Source: Camelus dromedarius
Taxonomy: Eukaryota
DNA length: 64,000 nucleotides
Direction of reading: 5' to 3'
Assembly: GCF_036321535.1 (NCBI RefSeq)
Contig: NC_087437.1
Coordinates: 5,146,001-5,210,000, forward strand
The notes below the pieces were generated by a model. It had not been told where the DNA came from. It searched no databases and worked only from the letters and a program-made list of their open reading frames with translations. This document shows, piece after piece, positions 50,337 through 60,436 of this stretch; position 1 is the first letter of the stretch; every line of letters begins with the position of its first letter. The position numbers and the translations under genes are program-made.

Positions 50337-50525
50337 ATCTCTTCTCAGCCTTTGGCTAAGATCAAGTGTAGTATCTGTTCTTATCAGTTTAATATCTGAT
50401 ACGTCCTCTATCCAAGGACAATATATTAAATGGATTTTTGGAGCAGGGAGTTGAAATAGGAGCTAGCTCCGTCCACTCCACGCATGTACTTCCAGGAACG
50501 GTGCACCAGAAAGAAAAAAAAAAAA
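50337..50525 (+). pseudogene. U2 snRNA retropseudogene (RNU2-like) with A tail
   Basis: ATCTCTTCTCAGCCTTTGGCTAAGATCAAGTGTAGTATCTGTTCTTATCAGTTTAATATCTGATACGTCCTCTATCC...GGATTTTTGG (Sm site)...GGAACGGTGCACC matches U2 end to end. An A-rich tail follows at 50508-50525, TTAAAA lies just upstream, and there is an internal deletion. Confidence 0.95.
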
Positions 50526-52019
50526 CCTCTGTTTAAAAATGCAACTTGTTTGGCCAAAGCCCAAAGCACCTACAAGTCCTGCCATGATTATTCAAATGCC
50601 TCAACTTAGGCATATTTCAAATGATAATGTAAAGCACAATTGCCAAGGAGGTGATATTTCCAGGATTCTAGAATCCTCTGCCATTTCTATATTAATAATA
50701 GTCCCTCCAGTCTCCAATCCTCTTGCAGTTTCAACCTCTTCTTCCATGGAATGTGCTCTTTAAATATGGAAGCATGTCCTTAGCACTGTTTTAAATTATG
50801 AGGATCTTTGCTGTGCGGTAGTTCTTTCCACAGGACTGAGTTGTTGATGTTTTCTCATCATCAAAGGCTCTACATACCACCAACACACTATGCTACAGTG
50901 ACACATGAGCAGCTTGCCTGACTTCCTTTGGCTTAAAAACAGAGGCATCATGATCACTTTACTCCTAGGGTGATAGTTTGCAAGCTTAGCCCAAATAGAT
51001 CAGATTCAAGTTTGAAAACTAAAGTTTCCCAGCAATTCCTGAACTGTTCGGCTAAGTGGTGGGCAACTAATATTCCTGAACCCAGGACAGATGCTAAAAT
51101 AAAGGTGACAGGGCCAATTCTGTTGCAGCTTGGGCTTATGAAGACTTTTAACTTTACAGTAAAATGTGAGCAGGGGTGGAGCACCTTTACTTCATTGGGA
51201 GGCCCTCACGAAGTCACTGCTGACCCCTTCCTTTAGGAATAGGCTAAGGGAGGCATTGCTCAATGTCTTACTTAAATAAGACCCAGGAAAGCCTGAGAAA
51301 CGATTTTTAAAGTCATAACCCGTCCAGCTGCACCAATGCTGACCCTGTTCAGAGGGTGGAAAAGTATCTGTTGTGTGGGAGATGGGCAACTATTGGATTA
51401 TCCAACCTTCACAATTCTCCAACTCTAGCTGTGTGGCTGCAGGGGGACCTGTCTTTTCCTTCCACAAAATTCCACCCCTGATTGGATCCAGGGAGGACAC
51501 TTGACCTAATTGGGTCAATTGGCACATTCACCAATAATTTTATTACCAAGACTAAGAAATTAGTCTCTCTAGAAGAGACTTAAAAGACAATGTTAGAATG
51601 CATGAGCACTGAACAAATCAGTTAATTGCTCAAATTTTCAGCTGTTCTCAGCCTCAGCCCTTCTCCTGGAAGAACCCACAGTATAAAGGCACAGAAATAC
51701 CAACTATTACAGATGTAGGATGACAGGTTGCTAGAGATGCTGCCAATAGTGGTGCGGGTTGTGGCCTTGTCTTGAGGAGGCAGCAGGGGCCCTACATCAA
51801 GGCTCTACCGAGACCCAATGGAGATGATCCAGGACCTATGGCCTCTGAAAACAGCTGCATCTAGGGGGAAACATGAGATTAAATGATGGGAAAACAAATC
51901 CTGCCAAAGCCCCAAATTTGATTCTCTCCATCCTTAGTCCTGCAGTAAAGTTAAAGCACAGGCAACTAAGAAAGAGATGCCAAATTCACCCTTCAACACC
52001 AGAGCGTGTAATAGTGACT

Positions 52020-52464
52020 TTGAGTGTTCTGGCCCTCCCACAGGTCTTGCAGCCTCAGTGTGCTCCTGATGATCTTCCAGTTGGTGGCATCTGCATTTCT
52101 TTGTCTGAGGGTTTTTCTCAAAGATAAAGAAGGCTGCGTTATGATGTGGGGCAAGCCATGGAAGTCAACCCCCAGGAGCAGCCCTCAGTCAGTGACAGAC
52201 AAGAGCTGGAGTATAAATACCTCAGCTCCCTCACCTCCCCAGCAGGACCACCCTGAGGTGCGTGTTCCACACCATTTCCCAGAGTTTACTATGAGATTAA
52301 GTTCTTATTACCCAAATGGTCAATGGCCTAATAGTGCCTCTGTCATTGGCTACATTCCCTTCCTCACACCCCTACTGGTGCTTCCTAAGCTCACCTTCCA
52401 GATAAATCACTTGCACTCAAATCTTCATCTCCTTGTCTCCTCATAGGGAAAACCACCCTAGACA
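52020..52464 (+). mobile_element. LTR16-like ERVL LTR
   Basis: ggagtataaatacctcagctccctcacc...ccagataaatcacttgcactcaaatc...accaccctagaCA, the characteristic LTR16 3' end. 5' boundary uncertain. Confidence 0.65.
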
Positions 52465-53308
52465 CATGGCTTGGCCCACCACAAGCTTCCGTCTCTGAGA
52501 GTTAGTTTGCTCATCAAATTCCATTCTTTGTTTATCAGTAGTCCCACCTCATGCACAAATACCCCGACTCCCCTGAATTGAAATTACCCCACCAAACTGC
52601 AAGACCAGAGTATGAGCTTCAGGGAAGTTGTGTCCCGGAAGGAAGATACTGAGTAAGGGGCACATGGTCAGTCCTTATCCCAAGTTTATCAGTCATATTA
52701 GATGTCCTTCCTCCCTGGGGAAGCAGGAGTGAGGGGTAGAGATGCCACTAGTGTTCCACTAATTGATGTCCCTCCTTGTAGAAACTGGAAGCCTAGGGAA
52801 GCAAGGTTCCTCCTGCATCCCAGAAAATTTCCCTCTCATATTCCAGTAGTTCTTCAGGAACTGGACCATAGCAGAATTCGCCAATGTACAGGTATACCAT
52901 GTAAGCTAGGAGTAGGGAGCATGACAGCTCTCCAGGATAAAGTGAGGGGGATTGAGATATGAGGTGGGTATTGAGGAGGAGATGGGCCCAACAGTATGGT
53001 GAAGACCTAAAGAGCAAGATGGTGAGAAAGGTCTTCCTCGAGGGAACAGGGAGGATTGCCGGACGGATTCTCAGAGTTCGGTATCCAGTCCTCAATCTAA
53101 AATTGTTTGCTTTATCTCCCTCACCCCAAACTTCGAGCCAAGCATTCCACACTGACTGTGTACTGTGTAGAGGATGGGAATTAAGGAACACTTGCAGGTC
53201 AGATGGATACAGGAAGGCTGGGCACTCCGGAAGCAGGGCGACTTTGTTATAGAGAAGAGCTGATGCCTGTTCTATGCAGTGCCAATCAAGTTAGGTAAGA
53301 TACTATTT

Positions 53309-53427
53309 CATTTTTTAATAATTTATTTGTATATTTTTAATTTTTTTTAATGGAGGTACTGGGGGTTGAACCCAGGACTTCGTGCATGCTAAGCACGTGC
53401 CCTACCACTGAGATACAGCCTCCCCCC
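53309..53427 (-). mobile_element. Vic-1-like SINE with a perfect TSD
   Basis: 14-bp TSD GTAAGATACTATTT at 53295-53308 and 53428-53441, followed by TTTT/AA (L1 endonuclease site). Confidence 0.92.
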
Positions 53428-53470
53428 GTAAGATACTATTTTAAAATTACATTTGACTCTGAACTAGGGC

Positions 53471-53692
53471 TGGGGTCAGCAAACTTTTTCTATAAGGGGC
53501 CAGACAGTAAATATTTTTCACTTTCCGGGCCCTGTGGTCTCTGTCACAACTGTATGGCTCTGCCGTTCTAGCCCCAAAGCAGCACGCCCGCAATAATAAA
53601 CAGATGTGCGTGCCTGCATCCCAGTAAAATTTTATTTACAAACACAGGTGGCGGGCAGATTTGGCTCACAGACATCATCTACCAACTGCTGG
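53471..53692. mobile_element. MER58A-like hAT-Charlie element
   Basis: ggggtcagcaaactttttctataaggggccagacagtaaatattttt...aaaattttatttacaaacacaggtggcgggcagatttggc. Confidence 0.85.
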
Positions 53693-54819
53693 ACTAGAGT
53701 TTTTTTGTCTCCTTCCAGCTGCAAAAGGAGACAAATGACAGATTCTTTCAGCACTAACAGAGGAAAAATTCCCAAAGAAACTGTGAGTAAGCTTGAAAAA
53801 TATAGAAAGTGTTTGTATCCTATAAATAACAAAAAAGCAAAGAAAACAGAAGAGGGGAGGCTAGGACCTTACGGTGAGCAGACTCCAGTCCTTTTTAAGA
53901 GAGAAATAGGAATGAACGCACAAATCATTCCTTAAAATCAAAATATAAAACACTGACGCTGTAGCCCCAAGCCGCCTTTCTCTTGGACACCCGGCTTCCC
54001 CAGGCCGTCCCTGTCGATGGAGGTTGGGCAGGACCAGCTCGCTCAGTGCGACCACAGGCTGCAGTAAGAATGTCCGCAGGGAAGGGAAGGATGCTAAGCA
54101 GCAAAGAGTAGCTCTCAGCATTTTGGTCAAGCCAACGGGATTCAGTTGCACTAACAGATAAAACCTGACACTCTGGCTTTTGTGTTATGCTGAGATACAA
54201 AGGACAAGGCACACACTGCCCCCAACCCCTGGATATAATTCTCTTGCAGTGGAAATCTGAGGGCAGTCAGATGTCTGTTCTTGTGTGGAGCAGGCCCTTG
54301 GGTATTTACATAAAGTCTGATCCCGAGCATCCAATGCAGCCAGACTTCAAAACTCAAGCAGGCGGAGTCCGGCCAAGTGAAGGGACCTCCAACAGCAGGG
54401 CTTGCGGCCAGGGCTTCACGAAGCCAACAATCCTCACTCCTTGTGCTCCTAAGCCAGCCCGGCCTGTGAAGCATGTTTAAAGGCCAGACCCAGGGGCGCC
54501 TCCTGCCTGTCACAATCTACGTTCGGGGCTGCCAGCCCATCACGCCCCTTTGAGTGTCAGTGTCGCCCTGTCCCCAGCTGGCTCCCGATCAAACGAGCAG
54601 TCTGGGGGGGGGGGGGGGGGGCGGCTACCTCCTCCCCACATGCACAGAGAGGTCAAAGCTGTCCGACCCCACCTCTGCTCTGCACCCCATAGCTCCACTA
54701 TCCATGCCCTTAGCCTCTACCATGTATTGTCTCCCAGTATTTGTGACAATGACCTTCCAGACAGGAATGGGTGAGAGTAAGGGTCAAGTTGTTTTGGGAT
54801 CTGCCACAATCAGATGCAT

Positions 54820-55375
54820 CGGTTCAGTGAGTTCAGGTGCAAGTAACAGAGTAGCCGACTCCCAGGCGCTGAGGAAATACAGATCTCTCGTTATTTCACA
54901 TGCCCGACTCAAAGGTAGGTGGTTCCACATTAGATGCAATAGCTCACAGACATCGTTCATGAACCAGCCTCTTTTTAACCTTCTGGTCCCCATCCCTGTT
55001 GGGCTTTTGCTGCTGGTGTCTCTCTCTTTGAGGTCACAGCATGTCCATCACAACATCCCAATGGACACAATGGGATGTCCATTCCATCCCAATGAGGAAG
55101 GAAGCTCTCCTTAAACGTCTTTGTCTCTATTGAGAAAGAGAGCTCTTGCCCAGAGTCCCGCCTCCACCAGCCCCCGGCCGACTTTTCTCTCTCCCACTGG
55201 CCAGGACCGTGTCACGTGGTCACTTTTGGCTGCAAAGGAGGCTGGGAAAGTGACTAGGAATGTACCCCACTAAGAGAGAAGTGCCGGGCACACTACCACC
55301 CAGAACCTAGCTGGGGTCCCGCGAGCCAGGAGGACAGGTGGTGGACTGGTGCACGGCTAGTAACAGTGTCTGCCT
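54820..55375 (-). mobile_element. Old MLT1 (J/K/L-like) LTR
   Basis: ttcaggtgcaagtaacaga...cactggccaggaccgtgtcacgtggtcacttttggctgcaaaggaggctgggaaagtga. Confidence 0.6.
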
Positions 55376-55774
55376 TTTGGGGGGGGGATGACTCCTCTCT
55401 CGGGCAAGACTGGTCTCTGCTGCTATTTTTTAATTATTATGAAACAAAACTTGCCAGGACCCTGAGGCCAAAACCTATAAAATTCCATGCTTGCAACTCC
55501 TGGGTATTATCCAGTCAGCTCCTGCCCACACCCCAAGGTAGGGATCTTCCATCGCCCCCAAACCAGCTCTGCTATCTTAGTTTGGGAGCGAGGGGAAGGC
55601 ACTGGGTGCCTTTCATGCAGGTCTCACCCTTCACCACCAGGGATGCTCAGACATTCTGAGAAGCAAAGGTGTTTTGATCTTTTTTCTTATTCACCTTCTG
55701 GAAAACATTGTGGCCCAAATTACCATCCCATAAAACACTTTCCCTTTATTCCTGTTTCTGAGAGGCAGGTTTCT

Positions 55775-56472
55775 CTTGCAGCCACTATGGAAAACAGTAT
55801 GGAGTTTCCTTAAAAAAATCAAAATAGATTTACCATATGATCTAGCAATCCCACTCCTGGGTATACCAAGAGAAAACTCTAATTTCAAAAGATACACACA
55901 CCTCAGTGTTCATAGCAGCACTATTTACAATAGCCAAGACATGTAAACATCCTAAATGCCCATCGACAGATGACTGGATAAAGAAGCTGTGATATATATA
56001 CAATGGAATACTACTCAGCCATAAAAAAGAACGAAATAATGCCATTTGCAGCAACATGGATGGACCTGGAGATCGTCATATTAAGTGAAGTAAGCCAGAA
56101 AGAGAAAGAAAAAGGTCATATGATATCGCTTATATGGGGAATTTTTAAAAAATGACATCAATGAACTTATTTACAAAATAGAAACAGACCCACAGACATA
56201 GAAAACAAACTTATGGTTACCCAAGTGGACAAAGGGGAGAGATAAATTAGAAGTTTGGGATTCACGAATACACACTACTATGTGCAAAATAGATAAACAA
56301 CAAGATCCTACTATACAGCACGGGGAACTGTAGTTAGTACCTTGTAATAGCCTATGATGAGAAAGAACATGAAAAGGAATATATGTGTGTGCATATATAT
56401 AACTGGATCACTATGCTGCACACCAGACATTTATGCAACATTGTAAATCAACTGTACATCAATTTTTTAAAA
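55775..56472 (+). mobile_element. 5'-truncated L1 3' end
   Basis: gcagccactatggaaaacagtatggagtttcctt...catatgatctagcaatcccactcctgggtat..., same family as 30385-31575 and 42018-42820. Confidence 0.92.
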
Positions 56473-57760
56473 ATTAGCTAAAGGCAACATAAAAACAAGT
56501 AAGTATGGCTTCTGGAAGTGAGAAAGGGAGCTTCCCATGGGATTCATAATGAGTTTCTTCCTGTTGCGTGTATCACACAGGAGTTTATGATGCAGCAAGT
56601 TGTTTGGGGTCTCAGCCTGTTAACCCCATCTGCGTCCCATGAGCAGGAGAAGCCATCCCGTGACAGTTTCAAGGGACCTCAGGGTTTCCTCCAGGCTTTT
56701 TCATAAGGCGGGTGTTTAAGACAAAATCCCCCAACCCTTTGGTTCTAATCTCCCCTTCTTGGTCCAGTCAGTAACCCCAGAAGGTACAGCGTCTGGCTAG
56801 CAGCCATGAGAGCTGGGTTGGAAACGTGAGAACCTTTCTGTGCTCTGACAAATTTCAGTGCCTGGGCTTTCGGAGTTCTGCAAAGCACAAAGTTAAGCTT
56901 CTGAATAATACGTTTACTCTTAGCAACCCAGATTCCATTGCTCTTTCCAGAGTGGATCTAGATACTTAGGGTCCTTCTCCAAATTAAAAAAAAAAAAAAC
57001 CTATGAATATGTCTTAAATCTCTATTATGTACCAAGGGCACAGCTAGATCCTTGTCCCATGTGTTCGTGGGACACCAAGCTTAGGTGACCTTGATGAGTC
57101 ACCCGTGAATCAGAAAATTGCAAAATATCATCTCCACTGCATAATATGTCAGCGCAGACTCAGACAGAGTTGGATACGTACTCCGTGGTTTCTGGGAAGG
57201 CAGAGCTATTTCAAAAACAATTCCAGGAAAGTAAATGAATATGCTTTTCCGTGCATTTGCCAAGTGGGACACAAAATACACTTTAACATGTAAAAAAATT
57301 ATTTCTCCAAAACTGCCATGGCAACACGCCCAGCCCCCAGTGACCCCGAAAATACCTATCTGTGAAGTAATAATCCACCTGTGTTTGGAAAATTCCCAGG
57401 TGTTTCTCCAGCCTTGAGTCCTTTCTTGAAGCTCAGTTGCACTCATTCAAGTACCCTCACTTTTCCCTACAGCTCAAGGGATCTTACTAAAATTCTCCCC
57501 TGCTGGAATCCCCTCCCTAGCTCTCCATCACCTTCAGAATAACGCCCTGGTCATGATACCCCTGCTTTCAAGCCCCTTCCTACCCTGGCCTTCAGCCTTT
57601 GGACTCAGCTCCTGCCCCTCATCTCCCCTACCCCCGTCTCTTAACGCATAGCCCATAATACAACGCTCTTTCTCTTGCCTCTGCTTTTGCCACGCAGTTC
57701 CCTCTGCCAAGAATGCTGTTCCCTCTTCTTCCCAGCTTGTTCTTATCTACCATGCAAGAC

Positions 57761-58990
57761 TTGGTTCTTTGTATTTTCTAGCTCTTTGTTAAAGACTGCT
57801 AGCTTCTCGCTCTGTGCATCATTCTCCCCAGTTCTCTGATCACCTTTACGATCATTACTCTGAGCTCTGTCTCAGGTAGACTGCCCATCTCCACATCACT
57901 AAGTTCTTCTGGGACTTTATCTTGTGTCTTTGTCTGGAACATATTCTTCTGTCTCCTCATTTTGTCTAAATTTCTATTTGTATTTTTATGTATGCAGTAG
58001 GTTACATTTCTTGACCTTGGAGAAGTAGCCCTCTGTAGGGGACGTCCTATGTGTCCCAGCAGTGAAACCCCTCTCACCACCCAAGGACCAGGGGGTCCCA
58101 GGGTTGGGTCTGTCCTGCATTTGTGGGCTCTGTTCCACAGGCTGCAGGCAGGACTGTGGTTTTCTTGCTTTGATGTCTGCCCCCTAGTGGGTGAGGCTGC
58201 ACTAGCGGCTGGTGCAGGCTTCCTGGTGGGAGGGGCCATGTCCGGAGGCAGCTGTGGACTCAGGAGCCTTTAGGCCCCCTATCTGCTGATGGGTGGGGAA
58301 TCTATCCACACCTAGTTAGTTATTTGGCCTGAGGCATCCCAGCACTGGAGCCTCCAGGCTGTTGGGTGGGGCCAGGCCTTGGTGCTAATGACCCACGGAA
58401 GATGTCAGCCTCCAGGAAGGAGAGTTCATGCGGATGAATACTTCCCCATATGTGCACCACCGTGTCTATGTCCTCAGGGTGAGCCGCAGCCACCCCGGCC
58501 TCCTCAGGAGACCCTCCAAGATCAGCAGGTAGGTCTGGCCCAGGCTTCTGTGAAGTCACTGCCTTTGCTCTGTTTCCAGGTGTGCATATGATTTTGTGTG
58601 CATCCTTCAAGAGTGACGTGTCTGTTTCCCCCAGTCCTTTTAAGCCCCACTGGCCTTCAAAGCCAAATACTCAGAGGGCTCCTCTTCCTGGTGCCGGACC
58701 CCCAGCTGGGGAGCCTGATGTGGGGCTCAGAACTCTCGTCCTGTGGGGTAACCTCTGCAGTGTATTCTCTAGTTTGTGGGCCGCCCACCTGGGGGGTGGG
58801 ATTTGATTATATTGCAAGCCCAGCCCTCCTGCCTGCCCTGTATTTCCTTCTTTGTCTTTAGATGTAAGATCTTTTCTGGTAGTTCCAGTCTTTTCTGTCA
58901 GCGGTGTTCAGCAGTTCGTTGCAATGATGTTGCGTTCATGAGAAGAGGTGAGCCCAGGGTCCTTCTGCTCCACCATCTTAGTCCAGCCAG
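57761..58990 (-). mobile_element. L1 5' end: full 5'UTR plus frameshifted start of ORF1 (3'-truncated)
   Basis: Minus-strand MRRQKNMFQTKTQDKVPEELSDVEMGSLPETELRVMIVKVIRELGR (ATG 57960), continuing after a frameshift as DAQSEKLAVFNKELENTKNQ, an L1 ORF1p N-terminus. The 5' end has AAGATGGTGGAG (YY1-like L1 start, 58968-58979). Confidence 0.8.
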
Positions 58991-60344
58991 ATCTCGAGTT
59001 AGGGGACTCTGAGAAGGTTCTAGGAAGTTTGGTCTTGCTCTGGACTGGACGCTGTCAGAAAATGGGGCAACTTTATGATCAGGTATCAAATTTTTATTTA
59101 GAAGGTGATGGGAGGGACAGAGGGTCTAAAGCTGTAAGTGGCAGACGACCACTCATGTTTCCCGGGAGAGGGCCATTCGATCATTTCTGCAGTTTGCTGG
59201 GTGTTCTTGCTTCCGTTTTAGCTCATGTCGATGACACTTGTGGTCCTGTTTTGGTCTCACTCCATCACAGGCAGAGAGTGGCCTCATCTGATGTCAGTGT
59301 CTGTGGAATTGTGTGCGGAGTGGGGAGGGGCTCCGCAGACTAGGGGTGGTGCCAGGGCTGATGGATTTTCTTTCTCGGGTCTCGTACAATGCAGACTCTG
59401 TGCCCTCATAGGAGTGACAGGTGCCCCCAGTAGCCCAGCTGCAGGGCTTGAGGTAACCATCAGCTCACGGAGAGCAAGGGCAGAGAGTAGGCACAGATGC
59501 ACAGGGCTCAGAAGTGCCTCCCAAAATCTCTTTCTAAGTGAGGCTGCAGACCTTTGAGTGGATTCTCTCCACCTCCTCAGCGACTCACAGCCAAGATGCT
59601 CATGGCCGCTGATACCAGTGGCAAGGAAACTGACAGGGCTCACCGACCCGTTTCCTGCCATCCATTTGAGGGTGTCAGAGCTTGCTGGCAACAGCTCAGA
59701 TAACATCCTGGGCCGCTGATCCTTCAAAGGCTGGCAGGGAGGAGAGTGACAGGCCCTCCACGTGTTGCCGACTCTGCTGCTGGCTGCAGTTACCACAGGA
59801 GAACTTAAAATGGGGCTTGGAGCCCACAGAGTGGTTTCAGAAGCAGAGTCTGTCCCTCCTCCAGGGAAAACACCACACACGTTTTCAAAGGTATCTTAAG
59901 TTGTCTTCACAAGGGAAACGTATTATCTTGCCCATACAATACTCTGTAGCAGAATCCAGTGGGGAACAGTGGATTCTGAACACACAGTCACACTCTTCTA
60001 ACTCTGGAGGAAAACGTGGAATATCATAGCGCTAAAAAGTATTGCTGTCAACGAGTCCCGGCAACGGAAGGATTATAAGAGTAAAATATTTTAAAGCTCA
60101 AGGGAATCACTGAAGTTGTATCAGATGAGTTGTGTGGCCCGTGGCTTGGAATTTTGCTAAGAAAACTAGAGAAAAAGTGTGGAATGAGTATCTTCACAAT
60201 ATTTTGCTGTTATGGTTGCTACATCCTTAACCATGATTTTATCTGTTCAGAATGTGGCTTTTCATACCTAAGTGCCTTTGAATGAGAATCAATTTTGGAT
60301 GACTTTGGACTTGGAGGGTATGTCTTGTACTCCAGTAACTACAG

Positions 60345-60346
<2 letters not shown>

Positions 60347-60432
<86 letters not shown>
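60347..60432. repeat. Perfect (GT)43 microsatellite
   Basis: 86 uninterrupted bases of GT. Confidence 0.98.

Positions 60433-60436
<4 letters not shown>

Noticed and set aside
50337..50507. Functional U2 snRNA gene
   Set aside because: Stem-loop IV deletion, 5' substitutions, genomic A tail and no recognisable snRNA promoter.
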